DNA from: Paraglomus brasilianum | Taxonomy: Eukaryota | Direction of reading: 5' to 3' | DNA: 64,000 nt | Assembly: GCA_910592345.1 (NCBI GenBank) | Contig: CAJVPI010000025.1 | Location: 1 to 64,000, forward strand | In this document: positions 51,745-64,000 of the stretch, piece after piece | Numbering within the stretch: the first letter of the stretch is position 1 | Layout of the letters: each line of letters opens with the position of its first letter | Made by a program: the position numbers and the translations under genes | Notes under the pieces: model-generated | Database searches by the model: none | Told to the model about the DNA's origin: nothing | The model's input: only the letters and a program-made list of their open reading frames with translations

Positions 51745-54599
51745 TCTCGTTGAGGTACAAAATATAATCCCATCAACCTTTTATTATCAAATGGGGAAAA
51801 CTGTTGTAATTTGCTATATACCCTAATAACCCTAATACATATATAACGAATCCCACATCTTTGTCTCGTTACAGAAACATTCTTTTGAACAAGACGTTGA
51901 CGAATTGATTGTATGACAGCCTTGTAAACAGTAGCCTATTTATAGAGCTGGCACGCGTATATACAAGTAGATTGCTAAAAGTAACTGGGATGAAAAGTAG
52001 CTCGTTTGTCATTCAAACAAAAGACTCGGATCGCTCATGGCAATCTGGTTCCTGCATACCTTTGCAGTCTCCTTTCTCACGAGGGTGGTTGTTTATCATT
52101 ATGTTTATCACTTGACAATGTATCTCTTACCTTGATGACAAACTAAGTTCTTTCCTTCCATTCCCATCCATTCATCTATTTGTGCAATTTACAACAAAGC
52201 AATAATACAATAAACGAATTATATCGAAAATAGACATATTAAAGGACACAGACAATCCTAGTACTGCGTAAATGATCATTCTTTGTTGCATCCTTATTAT
52301 TATAATTATAATAATAATATTACTATTATTATTAATATTCAAGCATATACTGTCCGAATATTACTATTTCTACTATTTATTGTCTTATTGTCCAGTCGGC
52401 AAACACTAACACCCAATCATGGAACAATCATCGTTACATGGCATTGTGCATGAGTAACCCAAAAACAAGGAAACCAAATTAACCAATCATACTTGTTACT
52501 TGTGAAGAATGAGACTGGATATAAGCAAGCTGATAAAGAAGATAGAGAGACGGCGTAGATATATGAGACTTTTATTATTGGCAATATTAAATCAAATAAT
52601 GACTCGTTGTTGAAAGAATAAATGAAATGTCGCGAAATAAAATGTGTTGTACTGATATTAATAAGAATGGAAAGAAAAGGCAATGAATGATATTTTTTTC
52701 AAATTAGATATTGGAGATAAAGACGATTTGTCATCAGGATAATTATCGGAACAAATGATGAAAGCGAGAGGATGTAGTAATGATGTATTGAATTCCCCAC
52801 ATCATCAAGAAACCATTCGGAATTTTTTCACACAGTTTTTAAACTTGAACATTTTAGGTGTGTCAATAGGCGGTTTTGTTCCAGTTATTCCCACATGCGG
52901 ACGGTTTATACATATTCGAATGTAATACATTCATTCGAACGTTCTTATCTTGCTCGATTCTCTTTTTGCCAAGCGACTTACCAAAGATGGCAAATCGTGA
53001 GAACAATGTTATCCTCTAAAAAAAATCCGAAACCCGAATCGACATACACTTTCGCTAATAGTGCTGGGAAAATGTTGGTGTCAACTTAGCCTCAAACGCA
53101 TTAATGAAATCTGGCCCATCTACGTACGATAACTGATAAGAAAATTTTTATCGGACATTCCCATTTTTAGATTCGATTATCATTGCCTTACGAGTGCCAT
53201 CCCCGTGTGTTATACTTATTAATATTTCGTAATGATCACGGTCTTTATCAGGCAACATTCTCATAGTCTGCAATGACATAGCAAGTCTCCTGTGCTTTTT
53301 AATGAAACACACTTTGTCCTTGGCCGAATTTGATAAAACGATCCGATATTGGTTCGCTTCCTAACCTTTGCTATCATAAAGTAAAGCCGAGATTGTATAC
53401 ATAATGGTTTGCAATATACAGGATTTAATTTGTCTTTTGAAGAATGCCTTGAGTTATCGTTGACTTTGTCTTTGTTCGTCAATTTGGTTTTTAATAAACG
53501 GAAAAGTTTGATTTGAGTACGGCCGTAGCGTTTTATTATTAGCGCAGAAAACTATCTCACCATTGGTAATATCCAATTGGAAACAATTTACCTACCACAA
53601 GAAAAATGCTCTTTGTTAACGGTTCTTTGCCTTAGTGAGAAATATTTGCTACACAAACCGGACAAGGCGAACAGATTACTTGCAATTGCCGAGATTCTTG
53701 ACTACTTTATAATAATTAAAGTTCACGAATATTGACATTTAAGGACATTCGGTAGCACGTAACTCTATGACGATAAATTTCTGGTTTTGTCGTCACGGTG
53801 TACAACGAACAACGACATCCCCACTATCATTAACCGGAGTCAGCAAACCTGCTTTTTCGATATTCACTCTTCATATGTCTTTCTAATTTGTCAAAATTTT
53901 AGTGACAATTCATCATTTAGAGCATCATCAATAGATTACTCGGCACGTTGCATAATAATACGCCATCCAGACGCTATAACTTGTCGAGCTGGACGAATTT
54001 GTTGACGTTATTGCAGTTCTAAAAATTAATACTTATTGGAGGTTGGAAAGACTTTAATTCCATAACTTTATATGACAGATTGTTATTGGTGAAAGGAAAC
54101 GGCTGTCAGTGGCTATCACCGAAATTATGTCTCCCGTATTAGCCGCCATCGCAATGAGAGCATGTTTAAAGGAATGCATAATCCATGTCAACGTTAATTT
54201 ATATCGTTTATGTTGAGCAATTATTTTTACTTCAATGACGTTATATTATTGACGCATCTTAATTAAATAAAATACGACTTTAAGATTTTCCACAATGTTA
54301 TCAAGTCATTTATTTGTCTTCCAATTGCAGTTTACAATATATCATAAAATCAAATAGAAGTTGTCATCCGTTCATGTTGACCATAAGAAATTTCAAGCAA
54401 CTGAATCTTGGAATACCTGACTCCACGTAATTGACGCCACGTAATAGTAACGGAGAGACGTATTCCTAAGATATAGTAATATGCTTAGTATAATAAATTA
54501 AAGCTACAGATTACATTTACAAAATGTGAATACAAGTTGGATAATAACATATACAACTTAATGAATAACAAGTAGTTTTAATAAAATAATTTTTTCAAT

Positions 54600-54641
54600 T
54601 GTAAAAAGTTATGGGTGGTGGGATACTTTTGCTCCCTACTG
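54600..54641. mobile_element. Solo Tc1-like right terminal inverted repeat
   Basis: The reverse complement reads TA-CAGTAGGGAGCAAAAGTATCCCACCACC, a Tc1-style CAGT..AAAAGTAT end. Confidence 0.55.
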
Positions 54642-55087
54642 TATTGGTTTATTGTTGTTTGTTTCGTTTGACTACTTTCTCTTCCATTAATATTAACAGT
54701 CTTGTCTGCTCACCTGTGTCTTCTTGTTGTAACAAAATAAAGTATACGTTTTCTAACTTTTTAATGCACTATTGACACTGATAATAGTAATCCCAACATA
54801 TCATCCATTTCTATTTCTTCAGTATTACCTCATAATTTCTTTTTAAAATGTCTATGTGGTTATGATTCTCTAATAATTGGTCATTATCTAGAATATCATA
54901 CACAATATCCTCATCAGGAATAAACACCCATTCCTTGCATTGGGTCTGAGAGGTGAAGCTTATTGACCAGTTCACTTATATCATCAAGTCCATAATACTA
55001 GCAGTGGGCCCAGCTCCTAATTGTTGATAAGTAATAAAGAACATAACTGGCCCAGTCAAATGAATAGCCAAGGTTTGCTTAGATATA

Positions 55088-56023
55088 CACTCCCTGGACA
55101 AAGTTTGTACCCAAAACTATTTTAAACATTTTTCAAAATTGTACCAAATCACTAGCTATGATTTTACATTATTTGAAAGCTTTGTTCTCAACGAAGTTTT
55201 TTATTAATACTAAATTTGCATTTTATAATTTTTATTATGACAATAATTTATAAATAAAATTGTTGTCAAAATTACAAAATTGACATATTAATATGTCTTA
55301 TTTTTGCATTTTCTTTCAAATAATAATAAACGATTGTAAATTTTATATTATTTGAAAGGTCTTGTTCTCAAGGTGTTTCTTGTTAATACTAAATTTTGTG
55401 TTTGGTGACTATATTAATATTTTAGAAAATAATTTGCTACCATTTATTCAAGAAAATTACCTAAAAAACGTTACAAGTTTCAAGATGACAATGCTCCTGT
55501 CCACGCTGCAAAAGGTATAACAAAATGGATGTCTGAGAAGAATTTTATTCTTCTTGAAGGTTGGCCTCGTACCTTAATCCAATCGAGCAATTGTGGAATA
55601 AACTTGGTCAAAGATTAAAAAGTCGTTCTAAACCTCCACAAAATTTGGGAGAATTAGAGAATTTTTAAAACAAGAGTGGGTATAAATTCCTCATAAAAGA
55701 TATCTGAAGTTAATTAGTATGCCCAAAAGGATTGATGAGTGTATTGCCAATAATGGTTGGCCAACTGGGTATTAATATTAGTAAACAATATAATTTTTAG
55801 TGGTTGGATATAAAATTTTATCACTGAAATTGTACGTCAATTTTGTAATTTCAACAACAATTTATTTTTAAAAATTTGTCATAATAAAATGCAAATTTGG
55901 AATTAATAAAAAACTTTCTTGAGAACAAGAGCTTTCAAATAATGTAAAATCATAACTACTGGTTTAGTACAATTTTAAAAAAGGTTCAAAATAATTTTGG
56001 GTACAAACTTTGTCTGGGGAGTG
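55088..56023 (+). mobile_element. Internally deleted Tc1-like element with ~200-bp TIRs and TA target duplication
   Basis: Left TA|cactccctggacaaagtttgtacccaaaa..; right ..ttttgggtacaaactttgtctggggagtg|TA. Internal DDE fragment: 'FQDDNAPVHAAK..EGWP', 'LNPIEQLW', 'MPKRIDECIANNGWPTGY*'. Confidence 0.92.
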
Positions 56024-56514
56024 TATGTGAATTATCCTGTTGACAAGCTTATTGGATATGGCCAATATCCAAGAGCAATCCTGCATTGATATTTGTGAGA
56101 GTATATTTAAACCATGCTGGGATTGTATTTCCCTTGTTGCCAAGACCCTCATCTCCATAGCTGGCCTTGATCCTCTAATTCTCTTCTTGATCTCTTCAGT
56201 ATCTTGATTAATGTACTGAGCTGTTTTCACAGCTGCTTTGATGGTATAGGGACAGTAACTGTCCAGTTTCTCATTAAGATGTACACAGTGGCTGGGCTGG
56301 ACGAAAGTTTGAGAACGAAGATCATATTTGAGTCACGTGAAACATCAAGCGAAAATTTATTTATTATATCCTAGAAAAAAATCTAAGGTGTCTTGTCACT
56401 TCGCATTAATTGAGTGTAAAAGTATTTTTTCCTTTATACTTAACAACGTTTTAAATTCTTCGTTTGTGACAACAAACTCTTGGTTCTGCTGTCTAATGTA
56501 ATTAGTCATTACGC

Positions 56515-56955
56515 CTACTCCATGAACTGCTTCACCGACAATAGAAAATTGTTCTTCGGGCTCGTCGGGTTCATCGGGTTCGGATACTTTACCATTTCGA
56601 TTGTCTCTTCGTCAGCCAGTACGATGAACTTTTGAGACCGTATTTTCTTTAATTCCATACAGGCAAGCGCCGCTTGAGTCAAATTAGGTTGAGCTTTCTT
56701 TTTAAAACACAAATCTCTTTTTTGAACACCCGTTAGAGAAACCCGCTTTATTGAAGGTTTTTTACTAACCATACCTCTATTGTTCATATGTCTTTTAATT
56801 GTTGCGAGAACGATCGAAATCTATTGGTTTAATATAAAATGATTACCAATTATAGTAATAGTGATGGTTTACTTCATCTGAATTGGTTCCGGGAAAAAGC
56901 ACCATATTAGCCAACTTCATATTATCGAGTGATCATTATATCGAGAGCCACTGTG
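56515..56955 (-). mobile_element. pogo/Tigger-like 5' end: TIR plus truncated CENP-B-like N-terminus
   Basis: The reverse complement end reads CAGTGGCTCTCGATATAATGATCACTCGATAAT; ORF 'KRVSLTGVQKRDLCFKKKAQPNLTQAALA'. An acidic pogo-like C-terminal remnant lies at about 54650-54970. Confidence 0.7.
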
Positions 56956-59911
56956 TATCTCGTCATGCCACCTGTCCTAACACATGTAGTTCATAGCCTC
57001 CTCTGAGACATCCAGGAAAACTTCTTTCAGCAGTCATCCAACTCCTTTGTATTTGGCTGATAGATAATAATGCCTATATTAATAAAAGATTCGGCCACAA
57101 TTGAACATTATAATTACTTTCTCAAAGGATGTGTATCTAATAATGATGACGCATATTTCTGCATAAATCACTCGATCGGACGGTAACCACCAGCAACAAC
57201 TGCGGAGGTGCAGCACGTACACAAAGCGCTGCGATAGTGCAGCAGGACAATAATAATAATAGTTAGATAAGCGCTGCAGTAGTGCAGCAACTAGCGTATG
57301 CTGATAAACAATCGCTACTAAAAATAGATCAATTAGTCCGATAAAAGCAGCATAGATTTCAGCTAGAGTCGGGGTGTTTTCGCAGTGTGTTTGATTCCTT
57401 TCAATAAAGGATAATCGCCTCTTGTCCCGTGATTATCCGAGTAGCATTTGCTGAAAGCGTAAGTGAAATACATTGTACCTCGCCGATAGACTATCAAACT
57501 AATCCCACGATAAAGTGACTCGAGGACAATTAATTTAGTGTCGCTCATCGACATACTGAGTCGTAAGTGTAAAGGGCCTAAGTGTTTAAAGGTCACTAAC
57601 TGTAGATCGAGATTTAACTGTTAGTAGGAAAAGCCACGCTCCGCAAGAAAGCAACTAAATACCTAGTGCCGATTATTGTCTTCTCCCTGCAGTAGTTACA
57701 TCTCATTGGAAACTGGGAACATGTTTCAACCACAACAATTACAAGTCCAAGTAAAGAGTACAGTATTGCAGAACAGTTTGCAAATGCAATACAGAAAATT
57801 AATGAGAAAAAAAAAGGCTGATTTCATTGCAAAAAATGGAATTAATGCAACCAAGAACAGATTGGACATGTAAAAAGTCCAACTTGATCACTTGCAGCAA
57901 TCTATGCAATAAAACCATTGATACAGTTTACCATCATTTACACAAAATAATCCTAGTGTGTTAATGATATAGTTAGTTAATAAGAAATTCACTACATATA
58001 ATTCATATACGTATTCAATAATGCTTATTGCATTTATTGCATTAATAGTAATGTATTCAAAGAAAGTTCTCAATGTTACCTTTTACGGTATAGCACCACC
58101 AGTGTTGTAGCTGAATTTATCATAACAGACTTATCAGCTGAACATTTGACAACAGCTCTACACTATTTCTGTAAACAAGAATGCAAGATTAACAATGATG
58201 AAATCTCCTAGAGAATATCTACAACAACTCACCATTGTAAGGTGACAAACCACATTAGCTGAAGCTGAGCAAGAGGCTAAGCTGTTGGGACTGGCTGTTG
58301 GGAAATGAAAAACTTAGGTTTACATCCACTTCCATCATTGAAGAATCTCTGTTAATCCTTTATCCAATAAAGACAAGTCTTTGATTTGACTGAAGATGAG
58401 GATGACAATAATATAGAGCCTGATGTTTGGTAATGGATGGGAGAGCAACAAATGAATCAGGACGTCTCCTTAGGAGGTGGCAGCTGGAGACTTTATGCAA
58501 ACGGTACACTGTTTCTTGAATACGGAAAAACGTTGTAAACGACAACAATAAACACAATACTATTACTATACGATGTTTATTACATATACATGTATCTTAC
58601 CTGCATATGTTGCTCTCGACGCCGAACAACGTTTCAGAAATCTTTATACAGTCCAGAGTTAAAACAGTTTTTCGCATGACAATGGTAGGGTTATATATTT
58701 TTATTATTATGGAAAAATATCAATAGGCGAATTGCTGAACGTACTAGAAGAACAACAGCGACCATTGGAGTACAGCGTAAAATATTAAAGACATTTGACA
58801 TTACCCAAAGAAATTTGAATACTGAAGAATATCTCACCCAGCATTCATTCATAATAAGTGTGAATCAGCTAATTTTGGCTTAAAACTCTATGATGGAGTT
58901 AAAACGGATTAAGAGTAAGTCAATAAAATCCAATGACGATGAGCAATGATCGAAAAATACGATCAAACCAGATGCTTCCAAGTCGAAGGCTTCAAGAAGT
59001 TTACAAAAGTCATGTAAAACGACGTGCAAGTGAGATTAAACCGAAAAAAAAAGGTAAAATATGCCAAGCGCTGCGTGCTATCCAGAATGTTAAGTAAAAG
59101 TTATTTTACTCCAAGCTGTTAAAGTGAGTGTTGTTGGCTGCGGAAGGCGATTATATCTCTCGGTTACGTTAATGTCACACTTCGGACGTCATGCACAGAA
59201 ATTTTTCCAAATAAAAAAACACCAAGCTGGTTACCAGTCTCATCACTGCCTATTACTATTCGACTAAGACGGAGTACTTGGACCGGTTTCCTCTTTGGCA
59301 GTAGGTTTGCGGAACACTGCCCCGGTGTATACTTGCTTCAGGAGTTCAGGGATTGCCTGAAACATGTAGTGATACAATAAATTTCCATTAGCTAATCTGA
59401 CAAAGGTGCATGGCTGCTTGCATAGTAAATGATGTATATTGTACACAACTTTATTATTACAGTGGAGTGAAATACTTAATATTAAGCTCAGGTCCAAACC
59501 AAATCCTGCGTCTAGAGAGGGAAAATATAATACCTGTCACTGTATTTATGCCGTTAATATCTTCTCCCCCTCGAGCAATTTACAATACCGCCGCTACTCT
59601 TATTAAGATATTTTTCTCTAACTAATACACGTATTTACTTCATGTATTATGTGGGATGCGATCAACGAATCAGCAAATAAAATTTAATATAAAGGGACTC
59701 ATCTTACAATGGTTTAATGACAATTACCATTTTTATATGAACAATAGTTTGATACTTACGTAACAGTATTACGTGTCTTTGAAATTTGTGCTGTACATCT
59801 CCTGTCCTCGTTAGCCCTTAAAGTATCTCACAAAAAAAGTGAAAACCACGGCAAACCAACAGAAACCAATAATATATGCGTGTGGTGAAAGCTCTTTTTC
59901 CGTTGGTACAA

Positions 59912-60185
59912 TCCATTTGGAATTGACATATGTTGTATGGGGAGGTAATCATTTCATCGACAATCATTTCATTCACCAACATTATTTCGAAGTTATCCTT
60001 TTTTGATAGTTAATTGTCGGTGAAATGTACTGTCGGTGAAATGATTGTCGATGAAATAATACGGACCCGTTGTATGTCAGATCAGAATTTATGTCCATTT
60101 GAAATTGACATATGTCAGTTCGGAGTAGACACATATGTCAGGTCAGAATTTATATCCGTTCGGAATGGACATATATGTCAGATCG
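59912..60185. repeat. Degenerate tandem array (gacatatgtcag / tcagaatttat..tcc units) interrupted by the MITE
   Basis: 'tccatttgraattgacatatg' at about 59912 and 60094; 'atgtcagrtcagaatttatrtcc' twice; '(g)acatatgtcag' repeated. Confidence 0.7.
59940..60068. mobile_element. 129-bp foldback/MITE with repetitive TIRs and 8-bp target-site duplication
   Basis: GGG..atttcatcgacaatcatttca ... tgaaatgattgtcgatgaaat..CCC, flanked by gttgtatg at 59932-59939 and 60069-60076. Confidence 0.75.
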
Positions 60186-63100
60186 AAATAATATAGGGAA
60201 TTAAAATAAGATAATATACTTTGACATTAATAATATTCACTCTGCTGCTATATAACTAATTAATGTTCCCCCCTATTAACTGTTCGATGTTTAATTTAAT
60301 GAAAACAATCAATAGTTATACTTGATCATCGTGGAATGAGATCATGTAACCAGATATTTTTCGAATTCTGTATGCACAAGTACGTTTACATAACGGCTTA
60401 GTATACATGGTTAATAAGGAGGTGGCGGAGAGCGGGCTATGCAATTGGTTGTACTTTGGAGAAACTATTTAATACATTATCGTTCAAAGCTACACTGCGG
60501 TATTTATGCTATATGTACGTATGAAAATATGTGTAAATAGATTTCGTCATTTTATCAAACTATACATTCGTTACATTATTTTTTTTTTGAAAAAAAAAAA
60601 AATAAAAAAATAACCAATTGGCTTCAAAAAGGTACAAAAATTATTGTAACTTACACGGGCGTCACCGATTTTCGTATGTAGTCTGACAATCCACTAATAT
60701 AACTTTCAGGGGTCTGTAGATCCACATAAGAATAATAATATATTAACACGGCTACTGCAAATATTTCGTTAATATTAACTGTTTTAATAACCAGGAATTT
60801 ATCCGACATGTTCAAGTTACTATTACACGTCGATCATCATCAATGTTACCGTAGACGTAGTCATTAAATAATTATTAATTTATTACCCGACATGTTATTC
60901 ACTTCAAAAAGATGTTAGTAGGATTATTTCCCAAATGACTTCTTACCCCGTTAATTAATTATACGATGCGAATTAAACGCAACACTATTACTATAGTTAT
61001 TTATATTATCCCGATATGTATATAAACAGCAGTTGACTCCCGGCGATTCACACGTCCGTAATGTCCAAAAAATCCAATGTCAGTAGATATTAGTCACGAG
61101 CATGGCATGCTAGTAGACACGTCTTCAGGTATTTAATCAAATATAGAATAAAGAGGAAAAACGCAAATAGGATCTGTCTTCTCTTATCATTTGCAATCGA
61201 CTTATTAGTGGTAATCTCTGGCCGGATAATAAACTCGAGTAACAGCAAACTATTACTATAGTGAGCAAGCTCATAACGGATATCTCTTTTGCGCAATAAC
61301 CATTGTGAATATAGTATTTCCATCGCCAATTATGAAGTCCTGTTGGAGAGAGATTTGGCCTGGATATGTAGAAAGCGAAACGTCAAATAAATAAACTGTA
61401 GAATTAAGGTTTGTTATCCAAGTAATATTTGCAATTTTACTACAAGAGTAAGAGCAGTTTACGTTACCTTTTTAAAAAACTAGATGCTTTGTTTTAAAAA
61501 TTACTCTAAACTGCATTTAATAATTACATTATTCTGTAGCAAAAAATTTTTATGTTTGGATATAATTTTAAATAGTTTGTTTTTATTAGCATCTTAAACT
61601 TCACGAATAATATACCGTAGACCACTGAATGCAATACCCCCCAAAATATCCTCCTTCCAAAATACAATCGGTCTATACAATACGTTTTGTTACTATTAAT
61701 AAATAAAAATGTGCTCACAAGCGCGACAATAAACCGTTTTGAGTTGTATTATGGCAAAATATAATGAGTGAGAAATTGCTTGACGTTTTAACTACATTCT
61801 CAGTGGCTCTTTTAATGTGCTTGTTTCCCTCTCGCACAGTATCCTTTACTTCACATAGTACCCCCCGGGTACATATTAACCAATCAAGGCGTTTTAGGTA
61901 CAGTATGTACTCAGGATATGTATTCAGTGGCTTACGGTAGCAATATGGAAATCTATAAATAAATTGGTAATAGTTGCCACTTTATTGCTTCGCTTTCTCA
62001 AGGCTTCCATGCACTATTACATACTTTAATATTTCGCCAATAATTTTTAAACTTAACTACAATCTGATGTAAGAGTCCAGTCATTAACAAATATAATTGT
62101 TCAGGGCATGTGAAAAAACTTACTTTGAGTGCTACCCGCTTCCGACAATCTTGATAGAATCTTTGTCTAATTGAGCTAACTAAATATATTAGCGTTAGTT
62201 CCTAACATAAAATTCTTTCCACAAGAGTTAGACAAACTTAATGAATAAAGAACAATCAACCTTCTTGTATGCAATAAAAGCATGGTTAATTATTTGTGTC
62301 TTTATTAGACGCAACTAAGGTGGACAGTCTCAGTTTTACAAATACCTTCCAACAACGTTATTATCGACGCTTACATAACGACTGACGATTGGTATTGCCG
62401 TTTCCGGTATGAGAAATAGTTTGTATGAACCATCTAAAATCGGGAAGCACCACAAGGGCGTAAAAAAGAACAATTGTACAGGACAATAGTTATATTTAAC
62501 TTTATAGAAGGCTAGTGAACGACGCAGCACTTTGAATTAAAAGCGCCATGCGCGTAATGTAATACTAGCATATAATAATACTGACTCTGATATAAATAGT
62601 TGAATTAAACAATCTATTGCCTACTATAGCCATTCAAGTTTACACTGGTTCTTTTAGGTGAGCGACTGATATAATGTACACTCGTATTCTGCTAAAAGCA
62701 GTCAGTGTGCATGTATGTGTGGTTTCAGACTAAACTTATTTAGCAACTCGTTTGTTTGTGGATTTATACAAGTATGTATTAATAAATAACGCCTATTTCT
62801 TCCCGTATATTCAGCAACAATAATGCAAATAAATGAGATGCAAATGTATATAAGAACCTTCTGAACTATGGAAAAAACGTTCGTGTTATGAACTTACGTT
62901 ACAAAAATATGATGGCTGACAAACCGATAAAACAATAAAAGCAAGTAAAGTAAACTTAAATTGTAATATAATATTAAAATTTAACATACAATTTTCCTTG
63001 GATTACAACCACATTGGATTAATACATATTATATTTCACAGTCAAAAAGCTTATACGTTTTACAACAAGTTTATTCCGTCGCTATTTTTTTTTACAACCG

Positions 63101-63237
63101 TACAACGCCCTTCGGAAGAAACTCTTATCTTGTTGGTCGAACCAGGGCATTTAATAGAGTGTCTGTAATACCTCCAAACTTACAGAAAACCATTATTACT
63201 GATCGCAACAGCAGTCTTAATTGTTGTCATTAAAAGT

Positions 63238-63780
63238 ATGGGTAGAGCGTGGTCGTCAAAGGTATACTTTTTAACAATAATAAGTTGTATTCGACTACAC
63301 TGGTATGTACTCATTAACGTCTAATTTTTTATCCGTACACAGGAAGATAAAATCCTTGTTGGATTTGGCAACGGGAAAAATGGAAGAAGAATGAGAGCAA
63401 CCTATTTAAATCATAAAACTGCAAAACAATGTGCTGATAGATGGAAAGACATTCGGGGATGTATGTGCTTTTAATTATTTTTGGTTTCAGTTAGGAGTTG
63501 GGTGGCTTGGTCTTACGCGCGTGTTGTTCAGCCCGTAACTTTCTAACATAACTTGCATACGCTATATATTCCAACAGATATCGACAGACCATTTACTCCG
63601 TTCGAGTGTAATATAATTCGACGTTTGTACCAGACATATGGCCCGCGATGGAGAAGAATGTCCGCAGTCCTCCACCGCTCTCCTGAAATGATAATGGAGT
63701 GCTGGCTTTCTTTAAAAGCTATGGATGACAAGACTGAGAGAATACACAAACAAATGTCTATCCAGCGACTTCTTTCTTGA
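63238..63780 (+). CDS. Small two-repeat Myb/SANT-like DNA-binding protein, 3 exons
   Basis: 'MGRAWSSK|EDKILV..KTAKQCADRWKDIRG|YIDRPFTPFECNIIRRLYQTYGPRWRRMSAVLHRSPEMIMECW..MSIQRLLS*' with GT-AG introns. Confidence 0.8.
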
Positions 63781-64000
63781 AACCTGCACCTGCCTTAAAT
63801 TAATTCATGAGGGCTATTAAGGCATATTAATATACACGAAAATTTTTTGAAATTTATCTTTTTTTTCTCCTTTTTCTTTTTTCTTCCTGCTTTTTGGATC
63901 GGCCATATTCTAGCAGAGACCCGTTATCAGATAAAAGACATCAATTATGTATATTGATTACGATAGCATTAATGAAAATTATGTACAGTATATTACATAA

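Noticed and set aside
52890..54010. Possible decayed minus-strand gene
   Set aside because: Many stops and no recognisable motif.
57670..58500. Possible retroelement remnant
   Set aside because: CpG-depleted and coding-like, but no RT, integrase or protease motif is recognisable.

Overview
Eukaryotic, AT-rich, intron-containing fungal DNA. Short GT-AG introns, Sel1/Crinkler/Uma2-type fragments and the transposon families point to a Glomeromycotina (arbuscular mycorrhizal) or related Mucoromycota fungus; this is an inference. A compact housekeeping island at 14.1-30.7 kb holds five genes: an M13 neprilysin-type peptidase, PUS7, GPI3/PIG-A, a SMYD-type SET-MYND methyltransferase and BST1/PGAP1. 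It is flanked by repeat-rich compartments of decayed, CpG-depleted DNA transposons (pogo/Tc5, Tc1, EnSpm-like, Sola-like, a MITE) and a Polinton/virus-type A32 packaging-ATPase relic. Apparently intact genes in those compartments are a SAMHD1-like HD dNTPase, two Uma2-like nucleases, an orphan 5-exon gene and a small Myb gene. The most striking feature is a 3-exon gene (48200-49971, minus) that fuses a Rox1/SOX-type HMG box in-frame, within one exon, to a full-length thymidylate-kinase fold whose catalytic motifs are substituted. Its upstream region is enriched in AACAAT/ATTGTT HMG sites, including a perfect Rox1-type operator. This suggests a possibly undescribed nucleotide-sensing or pseudo-enzyme transcription factor with autoregulation. 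All exon models and family assignments were made by eye from motifs; no searches were run.
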